From: Nitrosopumilaceae archaeon
GTDB taxonomy: Archaea; Thermoproteota; Nitrososphaeria; Nitrososphaerales; Nitrosopumilaceae
Direction of reading: 5' to 3'
Length of the DNA stretch: 64,000 bases
Assembly: GCA_965207375.1 (NCBI GenBank)
Contig: CBDBMG010000001.1
Location: forward strand, 96,001 to 160,000
This document shows, in pieces, positions 52,147 to 64,000 of the stretch (position 1 is the stretch's first letter; each line of letters opens with the position of its first letter). The notes below the pieces were generated by a model that saw nothing but the letters and a program-made list of their open reading frames with translations, ran no database searches and was not told where the DNA came from. The position numbers were made by a program, and so were the translations under genes.

Positions 52147-55100
52147 CTGGTTAGTTGTACACATGCATGTGTAAATTTTGCCAGGCCGGCATCTCTTTTG
52201 TTTGTGTATTTTCTTTTCTTGTTTGTGTATTTTTTTGGTTGTGTATGTAGTTATTAAATTTTGTTGTACTGTATAATTGTATGTTAGCTAAGTGTACGGT
52301 GTATATATGTATGCAATTACAGTGTATGTGTATGTATGTAATCATGTAGTTATATTTATGTAGCTGTATGTATGTATTTTATATTTCTCTGGCAAGGAAG
52401 AACGGCCATGGCTGATTGCCAGAGCATAATCTATCAATCAATTAATCATCATCGCCCTCCGCATCACTCACTGCCCCAACTTCCAGTGTGTTTAAAAATC
52501 CCACAGATTATGGAAACTGATTCAATTTTCAGTCCCAGCGCAATTTAAATTTTGTGCATTGGTATCCAAAATAACAAAATAGGAGATTTTTGGATTTTCT
52601 GTGAATCAGGTAGCTAGCTAGCTATACGTAGACTTTACTGCAAGGTGTTGTAAATTGTGGGCACAATTGAGGGGTCAGTCACTTTTCCTCAGTAATCATG
52701 TGTGAGATTTCGAAATCATGCAGCTCTGATTTTAATCTGATTTCTGTGATTTGAAAGTGTCACCGGCATTATGCATGAGATTTGCCGGGTGATCTATGAT
52801 TTATATTTGAAAGGTAGCTACATATTAATTTCTGGAAATATCAATATGGCCAAGTTTATGAGTTGCGAATCAATGGATAGTGATACCCTTGGGATACTTG
52901 TTGTTAATTATATGTTTCAGATCCACCAGCTCCTACATTGTTATGTTTCACCACCTAAATTTTGATGATGTCATCCATTATTGCATCATTTCAACATGCT
53001 ATTTTAAAATTTTATGCAAGTAGCTAATTACTTAGCTGTGTGTACACTGTATACAACACTTTAAAAACTGTATGAATACTAAAGTACATTTTAATTCTTC
53101 ACCATTTAATAATAAAGATTGTAATAAATAATGAGCCCGCCCACCTGGGGTAACTCCCTGATCTGAAACATATAATTACCAATAAGTGGCCTAATGTTTT
53201 ACTTTAACAAGATATTTATTAACAAAGGAAATTCAGCTCTGTAGAGTACAATATAGCTAGCTAAGACTTAACCAGACGTGTGCCAGCAACACCTGACAAC
53301 TCCAAATTTGATGGCTATATATGGCCCTGTTTATAAATTAATATAGCTGAAATTTGCTTTACTATAAAAGGAATAAACTGTGTAGAGATTACCACTTTTT
53401 CTACTCACTTTTTCTACTCACTTTTAGTGCTACCTTAATTAATCACATTTATTATAACAACTTACTAAACCATAAAGACTTCCTTCAAAAGACTGGTAAC
53501 TGGTTTATTCCTTACTAGGTAGTGATAGACCATTAGTAATATTCATGACTTACCTATTATGACAGCACATCTAACTACCTATATCCCCAAAAACTTTTGG
53601 CCACATGAGGCATAGACAATATAAGGCCAAATTATCAGACTAAATAATCTGATATGCATGATCACTTCTGAAATTATACAGACATGTAATTATTTACAAA
53701 CAAATTGTTTTGATTTGCACGTACTGTGTATAGTGCAAAATTTTTGTCAGAGTATAATATAAGTCAGCCATTGGCTAATTTCTGACCAATTAAAGCATTT
53801 GGCAAATCAAAAAATTTAGTTGAACAAATTTAACACACAATTTTATGGGGTTAGAAGTTTGACAAATGGCCAACCATGCAAACAAGTTGATGTTTTAACT
53901 TTTACCATCTAAAAACCAGATGCTGTGAAAGTTAAACCACCGTTAATCAACTGCTAATAGTATTTAATGATGTCACAATTAAGTCACATGAGCAAAGACT
54001 CACCATTAAGGAACACATAGTAACCTGAATGAATGCATACAAATTTAATTCTTCTGCTTAAACCCTTAGGTCAGTCTTCTTCACAACCCACACAGGACGC
54101 CCACTTTAAAACTAAAGCGCTCTGTCTTGTTAGTAATGTACAGTTGAGTAAATGCCTTTTACCGTGAAATGAACGTCAAATACAGCATCACTTTGGCATG
54201 AATTCATGACACACTTTGTTACTAAGGCCACAATCATCAGTTATATTGATAGCAAGTGTCATATAAAGAAACTGAAAAGCAGTAGACTTGTCACAGTTTG
54301 ATTGGTTATTTCACATGAATGGTTTTTAATAGCCTGGGGGCGGGGACACCCCCACAGCCACAAGTACACATACTGATTTCCCAGACGAAAGCAGTTTCAA
54401 GAAACCAGACACATGCCAGCCTTTAGTTTGTGTGTCTAAAAACTTTTATGCAAAACAATTATATGCTCTTACGTGCTGGTTGTTTTTTCTTTTTGTTGCA
54501 CACTTTTCATGGGCTTGTTTGAACCCTAGGATTGTTATTTTCAATTTTTCATTCTATCCATCATGTTTATTTCTCTAATAATTCACTCATTCTATCAATG
54601 ATTTTTACTAGACCAGCATTCTCCTATGTATGTATACTCTACAAGTCCAACAAAATTTACACACTTCAGTGTACTTGAGAGAAATTTTTACACAACTATT
54701 TTGATGATGACTTTATAGCATCGTAAAACTTGTAATAGCTGGTACTTAGGTGGTGCCAGATTCCTCTATCGTCGGTTATTGATTCTAATGATATACATAC
54801 ATCGACACTTCGAAATTGTAACATGTGAGTTTATCAAAATAATTATTAAGGATTAAACTTTTTATGTGACGTAATTAGATACTGAACAGTTGTCACATTA
54901 AACAATTAAACAAATACATGTCATCCACAATGCTCCTGGCCACTGTTCCGTTTCTCCACCTACAACAATTCATATACTATTAGAAAGCATGTTACAAAAA
55001 ACAAGGTTACATGAATATCTTTATAATAAAATTATATAAGTATATGGCAGTAAATTGTTCATGCTAAACAAATTCATAACTTTTAAGTGTCAAATTCTTC

Positions 55101-55239
55101 TTTATATGTAGATATCGCCTAAGTGAGATAAAAACATTTTATTAGAGTACATTAGTTTTTATCTACAACCTTACTCTAGTAAAATCATGCTCACACTACT
55201 GCTATAAGCCACGTAGGTACATATTTTCAACCCAATAAT

Positions 55240-55482
55240 TGTGACCTGGTATGAGTAAACAGGGCTTATGTGCACATAAAAATTGACCACATTCAAACTT
55301 TAATAGCTTTATAAGGAATCATATGACTCTAATATAATTTACACCATTTATGCAGCTTTTCATAGCGAGTCTTGTGCAGCTGTAGAATTCTAAAATCTTA
55401 AACAGTAAAGGAGATATGTACTGTTGTATGAATAGGTGTATTTTGTGTACATATAAGTCCGGTTTTCTCATGCCGGGTCACA
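55240..55482. mobile_element. TGTGAC-ended MITE
   Basis: tgtgacctggtatgag...ctcatgccgggtcaca, flanked by ataat on both sides; related ends at 22190, 34137 and 5943. Confidence 0.7.
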
Positions 55483-55557
55483 ATAATTATGATTGATGAA
55501 TATTAATTACTTGCCTTCTCAGTTGTTGTTTTGTTCACACAGTTTTTAATGGCATCT

Positions 55558-57827
55558 CCTCAGAGGGCTAATATTTTTTTGGACGAGGTTTCAACTTTGA
55601 AATTTTTTTAATATTTTCTTCGGATAATTAAAAACAGTTGGTTATTATGGAGGCTGTTTGCTGCACGTGACGTTCGACTTTCCTCTGCTGTACTAAGGAT
55701 GAAGATTTGATCATGTAATGGGTGTGTTTTACGCAGTGGCAATAATTAAAGTGGACTACTATAACTGTTCAAATGGCGTTACGAGTACATGCTTCACGTG
55801 AGTGTCAGTATACTAGCTATTAATGTTTTGTGCATACTTTTCATAATGATATTGCTGTGTTACGATATAGACTCTTAGTATTAAATGGGTAGCCACTATA
55901 TGTGACCGGATTTTGGAAAACAGTTCCAAATCACACATGAAATCCAGTGTATTTCTGCATGTATTTAATGATATTTCTACTTACGTATGTGTATGTATTT
56001 ATGGAATATTTCTTACATTCTTTCAGTAATTGGAACATTGAATTCCTTGTAGTGCAACAAAATATTATTGGGAATGCAATACTTTTCATGTTGCAGTGAT
56101 AAATATACTGAAATAAAAATGTGTGATTTGGAACTTTTTTCCAAAATCCAGTCACATATTAATTTTTATCATCACTATTGTATGCCTGTAGGGAGCCACA
56201 CAAGTTTGTCTTGGCCGAGCCCTGATGTGACAGTGTGCTCCAAAGAATTTAATATATAAAATCGTAGTATCCAGTGGAGAGATCATGTATACAAGACTAC
56301 GTATACCATGCAGGAATACTGCATGCTTGATTTATCTGTTCATTGTTCTTGTATTATGTCATGATTCCTTTACATTTTGTGGTTTCTGTGGATGGCACGA
56401 TGGGACATGGTTCTGCGTTCCTACAGTGTCTTACCAATGGATTCTCTCGCCAGGGTTAGGGTTAGATCCTCTCTTGGATTGGAGTCTGCTTTATGTTCAG
56501 ATTGTTCACCATTATCAACTGACCTGTTTCAGGGGATCGTGTGTGCACTGGTATAGTGGTACCAGTATTAATGATGGAACTGGTTTCCCTGATGTTCTAC
56601 TGAATTAGTTGGTTTAGAAGCCATCCACAGTTCAGCCTAGTCTATAAGAGAATGTATGAGGCAGGGGATAAAATTATGTGTATGTTTGTGGCAGGAATAA
56701 TACATAATAATTGATTACTCAAATTGTTTAATGTTCACAAGCATGCATAGCGGACATGGCACTGCTCCTGATAATCAAAGTATATCAAATTCTTAGACAT
56801 TATTATGTTGTCCTCCATAGCTACAAATAGATCTCATGACTTGTAAGTCCAATCTCTGAGACTTGTATAAATGGACTACAATACACATATTGTTCAGTAG
56901 CTGTTTCCATGGCTAAAATGAATCTAAAAATCTACTATTATGATCATTATTGTTATGCATACCTAATGTTGAATGGTTGCTGGTGGCCTGTCTTTACAGT
57001 CATGTGACTACATGAATATAACAGACACAACAATAATTATATACAACTATAATAGCTACCCATGTACTACAAGATGTACCAAGCAAATACAGAAGGTATG
57101 TGCAAATATTATAATGTAATGTGTTCGTGAGACAGGCCTGAACAGTAATTGCTGCTGCATAGTAACACCAGCAACTTGAAAGACATGTGCTACATGATCT
57201 TTATTGAAAGTAGTAAGTTGAACATCACATGCAGCAAATGCACACATTACTTGCCCAACCATTTGTAATTACCTGCATGAATGGAATTCAACTGGTAGTG
57301 TCACATTAGCATTAGGCTCTACCTGAATACAAGCCGTCCTTGATTTCACTGTAGCACAAAATTAAAATCAAGTAGTATTCCTGCTCTCACATGATCTCTG
57401 ATTTTATATCTTAATTTCTTCAGAGCACACATCAGGGCTCGGCCTATAGACAAAGCTCCTACAGGCATACAATAGTGATGATAATTATACAAACAATATA
57501 GTGGCTACCCATTTAATAATAAATGTCTATAACAGCAATACAGTATGTACAAAACATTAATACACACTCACGTGAATCACGTACTCGTGACGCCATTTGA
57601 ACAGTAAAAGCAGTCCACTTTAATCACTGCCATTGCGTCAGTACTATGAAATACACGTACTTCATGATCAAATCTTCATTCTTAGTACAGTAGAGGAAAC
57701 TCGAACGTCACATGTAGCAAACAGCCTCCATAATAATCAATTGTTTTTAATTATCCGAAGGAAATATACATTCAAGAAAAATTTCTAAGTTGAAATCTCG
57801 TCCAAAATAAATATTAGCCCTCAGAGG
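55558..57827. mobile_element. ~2.3-kb non-autonomous DNA element with ~250-bp diverged TIRs
   Basis: 55558-55805 is the reverse complement of 57563-57827 (gagggctaatattt..ttggacgag, ttattatggaggctgtttgct, gaagatttgatcatg); no clear TSD. Confidence 0.75.
55901..56156. mobile_element. TGTGAC-ended MITE nested in the 2.3-kb element
   Basis: tgtgaccggattttggaaaacagttccaaatcacacat / atgtgtgatttggaactttttccaaaatccagtcaca. Confidence 0.8.
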
Positions 57828-57964
57828 TATGGAAACATTTCCATAATGGCAAATTAAATTCCTCTGGGATTTCACTTTTTTCGTCATTTACTGCAGCTAT
57901 CAACCCAATATATATGGGAAGTTCTTTCTGACTTCTTCTGTTGTGTGTTTCAACTGAGAATGTC

Positions 57965-58425
57965 TCACATCCATATGCTTTTGTTTAGGATAGACTTAGT
58001 TGAGAAATCCAACGCCAACCCATGTTGCTGCAAGAAATCAAGACCTAAAATTGCAGGCATAATGAGATAACTAACCACAAGTTGTACTGGTGAACCCATG
58101 TTCTGTATACTGACTGGGGTTCTGACATAATTGATGACTGAAAGTGGTGCACCTGACACTGTCTTTAAGGATAATTGTGGCATTGATTTTGTCACAATAC
58201 AATATGTTTGTGTTTTGTGCTAACAAGGATATGGATGATCCTGAATCAAGCATTACTTCAGGAACCAATATTTCCTACAATCATAGCTGCTTGTATCTTG
58301 GTGGTAGCTAGCTACTGTCACAGTATTAGTGGGGCTGCTTTCTACTGGAGATATCGGTTGCCCCTCAGAGGCATCCCCCTTTAGTTTTCCTGCTGTTGCA
58401 AACAGTTTGCTGCTACATGACCCTA
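57965..58425 (-). mobile_element. Decayed Gypsy-type gag-protease fragment
   Basis: GHVAANC (zinc-knuckle end), VMLDSGSSISLL (aspartic protease) and PAILGLDFLQQHGLALDF, with frameshifts. Confidence 0.72.
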
Positions 58426-59019
58426 CCTGTGTACTAATTATCTAACCAAGCAAGACTAGTCAGCTTGTGTTCCAGTTTATCGGAAGATAATACAGCAACA
58501 TAACACCATAGATTATATTTAATATGGTAAGGTGGAGGCCCCGACTCCATAAAATCTCGTACAGGCCCTTAGAAATCTTGAAATTTGAAATCTATAATTT
58601 CAGTATTTTCCAATATTAATCATACAATTGAGCTTTGTTTCTGTCGTAATTCAAAATTTGTAAATACATAGAAATTCATTCAAAAATTGTAAATACAATT
58701 TAAAATCTTGCTGAAATCTTTGCAGAAACCTTGAAATCTTGCTCAAAATTGGAATCTTGTACAATATTTTTCAGAGTCGGGGACCCCTCATAGTAAGGTA
58801 AGACAGTGTGTGAGACCATGAGCATCGCACAAGCTAGCGAATGGCCACTCATGATAGCTGATCAATTGTACTGAGAACAGTATTACTCTGCAACCCGCTT
58901 TAAAATGTAATTTGAAAATATAATTATAAATATTTGAAATCAACTAAAAATCAGGCTGATTTCAAAATTTATACAGGATTTTGGAGAGTGTCGGACCTCT
59001 CAGAGAAATTAACCACGAG

Positions 59020-59480
59020 GATGCCATGATGTGGGCAGCTATAATGCTAGAATACTGCATGGGCTATATTTCGGCTGCTTTGCCTGGGTGAGATGTGGCT
59101 TGGTGCAGTGCATGATTCATTTGACAGAAACACTCACGGAAGGGTCCATAGATAGATAGCAGCTATCAGTAGAACAGGTGGCCCATTGTGCCCAGTAGCA
59201 GCAATTCTGCATGGCATGGCCTCATGTTTCTTGATAGGTCTGATGCGATCCATTAACAATTATTTGTTAAAGCACACCATTGAAGCATCCTGAACTTGAC
59301 TTAGTCTACCTTTATATTCATATATAACTACCGGCTGTACATGCAAGGTACTCAACAAGGTGGGGGTCAATCTTAAATTCTATGTAGGCTACAGCTTGAG
59401 CCTCAAGGCAGCCACAACAGCAAGGGCTGGGTGTCACTATGTATGATCAAGTGAGAAGGTCAGTGGCACAATTGGCAGGG
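59020..59480 (+). mobile_element. Highly decayed tyrosine-recombinase (DIRS-like) relic
   Basis: Remnants AMMWAA, CPVAAI and YVGYSLSLKAATTA (compare GHSFRIGAATTA), in order but in broken frames. Confidence 0.45.
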
Positions 59481-62400
59481 CTTCATGCAGTATGCCTGCC
59501 ATGCATGACTCTTCAGTCCTCAGTGAGGAATCGTTGTAGTGTTATGTACATTGCCAGATATTCATCCAGGGCAGCACTGAGTAATGTCTGCGAGCAAAGC
59601 AGTAGTTATATATCTAGGCGGGAATATAATGTGGCATTGGTTCTGGCTATAGCAATGGTTCTTAGCTTTGTATACAGTATAATTATTAACAATCAGTCAG
59701 ATTAAGGAGCCCACATGGTGGTTATAACAAAGCAGCTTAGCAGCAGCAGTCAACCAACTTATGATTTTCCACACAGACTCACACACAGAACATCATTGAT
59801 GCACAAGGAGGCATGGCTGGATGAGGACGCTTTAGGTAAAGGATTTTTTGGGCAGAGTGTCTTTGGCAGTGTATAATTGCTCGGTTTGGCTGGAGCCAGG
59901 GAAAATATTGAGTAGTATACAAATATGCAGCTGCTAGAACATGAGTTAATGATGCAATCACATGATCAGGTGGGAGCAATAAAATCACATGAATGGAAAC
60001 CCTATGAAAGGAGATGCTTCTACCCAACCACCAAATATTTGTAAGTCTCATCAGGAAGTGAAGGCAACATGTATATATGTGTATATATATGTACAGCTGG
60101 CAAATGTAACAAGGCGAGCTAGGGTATGTTTTACTATAGCAATATCTTTTGTTGCAATGATCACCTATTTTAATATTGCCCAGCCCTACTGGCTAGCTAG
60201 CTAGTTGCAATCTAGCTACACAATTAAACTGTTCTGCAGCTTTGAAAAATGATTTCCCAAAGCATATCATAATTACCCAGACACTCCAACACCATACCTA
60301 CTTAACTTATTTATCTACTTAATTGAGCAAGCCAATACACCACAACCATACCCATTGGGGTTTTGCGCCACTAGCAAGCCTAGCGGGCCACTTGTTATCA
60401 TAAACAATGCACACAAACAGCAAACTCCAAAACAACAAAAAACAGCAAAAAATGCAAGGGTACAAATGCAAGGGTACAGCGAGAGTGAGGGCTAGCAGAA
60501 AAACAGCAAAAAATGAAATAAAAAGTTCTGGACTACCCAGCCCTAAAGTAGTCCAAGGGAAAAAACCTGGCGGGTACACTTTAATTTATTTATTTATTTA
60601 TTTTACCCGCACAGGAAAAAACCTAAAACGCATCACTCTCATGTAACTGTATGCAAAAAAGTCTTTGAGGCATCCCATTGGTTGTGCTCCAGCTGATCAC
60701 TCTTCATCTTCACCAACACATCAGCCAGCAAAGGAAAACCTCATCATGGGTGGGATGGGGGGCAACCTGCTTAACAATGAAGAACACGTGGCGTAGAATG
60801 AGAATTCACACATTACTTACCCTTATATAGCCCATGTCACGTGACCTGTCACTTGACCTCCGATATTTAATGGGAGCTTATTTTCTGTCTAATTCGATTC
60901 TCTCAACCGACAGAAAATACATAAGTAATTCATTGTAGGAAGTAAAATTGTTAGAGGCTTGAGCCCTTCATCTGCATGTAATGCCTACACAAGTTACTGA
61001 ATGGTGAAAGAACGTACGTACCTCTACCTTAGTGTTACATGCTGGAATTGTTAACACTGATTGTTGCCCAAATCCCTGTAATATCTATGGTTTATGGGAG
61101 GTGCTTAATAACCAAAATATCATAATATTGTAATCATTGTATCAGTACTGTTAATCACTAGTAGGTATTATTTCCATTATTTATTAACTATTGTATAATT
61201 ATTTTGTAGACCAAAGTAATGAAGAGAATGAGTTTTATGTGGAATTTATCAGAAATCGATTTGGTAGAAGTGATGAACAAGAAAGGATACCTCCAGTTCT
61301 TTGGATCACGACTAAAGAGTCTATGCCAGTCAACTTTGAAGTGTTCACTTTTTTGGACTTATTGCTAGTGGTGTAGCAATTCCTGAACAAGTAACATATA
61401 TCACCATACCAGTCGGATTTGTTGTGTTTGATTCAACTGAAGATAGTAGTGAGGATACACGGTTTAAAGGAATTCGTATTAAAGCACAGGATAACAGAAG
61501 GATTGTTGTCTTTGGTCAACATGAGGAAATAGCATCCAATGATGCTTATCTAGCCTTACCAATGATTTCACTGCCAACAGGAAGGTCTTATGAGTACATT
61601 GCAGCATCAATACATGGAGATTCAGGTACTAATTCACAAGCTAAAGATAGTGTGGCTCTAATTATTGGAACTGAAGATGACACTGAGATAATCCTTGAAC
61701 CATCTGTTCTCATCAGGCATCCCTTTGCTCCAGCACAAACTGGTAGACAGTTTATTCCTGGAGTTTATGTTCAGTTTCGTACTGTAACTATTCAGAGGTT
61801 TCAGACATTTTATCTTCAGGTTCGTGGTAGAGATATATCTGGTACTCGCATAATAGCAAATAAACCAATATCTGTTTTCTCTGGAGATGAGTGTGCTGAT
61901 GTTCCATTAACTAGTGAACCTTGTGACATACTGATTGAACAACTTCAACCAATAGATACATGGGGAACTGAAGTAGTTACAGTTCCACTGAGTACAAGGA
62001 GTGGTGATGTACTAAAAGTGTTCGCTTCACAAGACTCTACTACAGTTAACGTTACATATACAGACATCAGTAGTGGCATGGTTGCCAGTGATAGTTTTAG
62101 TTTCACACTTAATCGTAATGGATTTAGGGAGTTGGGGGGTACTGCAATATTTGCCACAGGGGCTATTGCTGACTTTGCCTTGATACAGTCTAATAATCCA
62201 ATTGCTGTATTTCAGTTTAGCAGAAGCTTTTCAACTGATAATAATATAATATCTGATCCATTTATGTTGTTAGTACCACCTTATGAACAATATCGTGACA
62301 ATTATGCAGTAGCTCCAGCTCCATTTGATCCTTCAATTGAAGGCACTGTTCCAGGACGAGGTTCATATGTTAACTATACTAACATAGCAGTACCAGCTGA

Positions 62401-64000
62401 GTATTTTAATGCTAGTTTAATAACAGTTAATAACAATCTAATTAATGCCTCAGAGTTTAGGCCAATCAGGAGAGCAGATAACAGCATATGGGCTATGGGG
62501 CACAATTACTACTAGATGAAGGAGCTCAAGTGATAAGACATCAAGACCCAAATGCAGCTCTATCAGTAACATTGTATGGATTCAGTAACCAACAGTCATG
62601 GGGTTGTACAGGAGGGACAGGTCTTGCTCTTGTTGCTTTTCGTAGGTTGTGTTATCTTTTATTGTATGTAGCTGATTGTTAATGTATCTGTCACATGAAA
62701 ATGATGGCAGATGGAATTTTAACCAAGACAGCAGCAAGTAATGACTGGATGACTGTTGCTCTATTATCAAAGAGTAATTTCATCTGCCATCATGCAGTAC
62801 GTGTGAACAAAGTTTGCAACTATGTATAATGAAATTGTGTGACCTCAGTACAGATGTGCCAGCAGCTGCTACAACAGCTATAATCTATTGCCATAGTTGC
62901 AGTGCATATATTTTGTTACCACTAATAATCACATAGCTAGCTTGTATATAGCAATTAATCCCAAATTGTATAGTTTTAATAGCCTTGAGCATAGCAATAT
63001 TCAGTCATTGCACTCTAAAATAGCCAATCAAACTTCCTACTGACTGAATGAGTACTCCATAGTCCATAGAAGAATTTCTCGATGCTATCGTTTTATACTC
63101 AACTAGTTAGTCGACTAGTTTATAACAAATGCTAGCGTTGATGCAGTTGAACTTGACTCCCTGCTTCTACTAATTTTATTCAGAAGATGGGATATTTAGC
63201 CATCGATGCTATTTCAAATGACATGCCCACTTATCGAGTCATAGTGTTTAGCTGCCTTGTACAGACCTGTGCTATACTGAGGCTTTAGATAAATCAAAGT
63301 TACTTTCAGCTGCAGCAGATCGAGATGTGCACGCTGGTGTTGGGTAATGGGGTTTGATAGCAGTTAAACGCATCAACATGCTCACACTCACTCGCGTAAC
63401 AAAAAGTTTATGAACTAATAAAAACATGCAGTGACTAAATCCCCAACCACCGACCTAAGGTGTCGAAGTCCAGTGCTTTACCAATTGTGCAGTGGATTGC
63501 TGTGATCAATGGCTGTCTGGATCGACACAGGTATCTATGGGGCACTCATGTCGAAAAATTAAAGGTCTTAGAAACTTTTAAAAATAAACTTCATCATACC
63601 AGAAGACGTAGCTATCACGTCAAGCAAGTCTGATGTCGATCCATGCACCCACGGCCAAGATACTGACCACGGATGGACAGACAGAGAGACAGACAGACAG
63701 CTTTTCAGCTTTAATTATATAGTAGATTCTAAATGCGCTGCTACTAAAACAAGGAAGCGAACAAGATTTGCGACCGTGCCTCAGGTTGCGTGCCTCAAGT
63801 TAGAGTGGGCATCGTAGGTCGTACTGTGTGATTAGTAGCCAATCACACATATTTTTGTGCAATTCAAGAATGATTGTACACATAACAGTCAAAATTGTAT
63901 TTTGCTTCACCCCATTCAATTACTTGACTGTTACTGGTACAATGCATGTGATTACCTATACTAATATAGAGTTAAAGAAAATTCAAAATGTTTACCATCA

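Noticed and set aside
60319-60780. Short ORFs on both strands
   Set aside because: Low-complexity sequence resembling a retrotransposon 3' tail; no domain signal.

Overview
AT-rich, intron-containing animal DNA. A demosponge is the likely source, inferred from the Calx-beta/Sushi/Ig/FcGBP-N proteins, the 'MDTNPAY' tail and pervasive TAGCTA low-complexity sequence. There are three layers. (1) At ~0.9-12.2 kb is a two-gene cassette. An apparently intact, spliced IS3/IS481-type DDE integrase (minus strand, ~495 aa) lies tail-to-tail with a spliced SAM-like/CUE/HECT E3 ubiquitin ligase gene (plus strand, two frameshifts). The cassette is bounded on the right by ~30-bp ATCGAT-rich subterminal repeats and a ...CGCCATA end, and is probably a DNA transposon carrying a ubiquitin ligase. 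(2) At ~15-62.7 kb is a tandem array of three paralogous cell-surface/secreted genes built almost entirely from phase-1 exons. Gene A (3' part only) is Sushi-Calx-beta-TM-NPxY tail. Gene B is complete (13 exons, ~1438 aa): signal peptide, FcGBP-N, Calx-beta, Sushi, 7 Ig, Sushi. Gene C shows only its first two exons, and its reading frame is disrupted. Relic Ig exons and 3'UTR behind gene A record a swap of C-terminal modules. (3) Dense mobile DNA fills the rest: MITEs with verifiable TSDs (hAT, MULE, Harbinger, P-like, Kolobok-like), a dead transposase-YqaJ element, LINE/Gypsy/DIRS relics, and a repeat family whose copies repeatedly end in a long near-perfect fold-back. No rRNA, tRNA or CRISPR was recognised. 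Exon boundaries were called by eye from GT-AG sites and frame continuity; no database searches were run.
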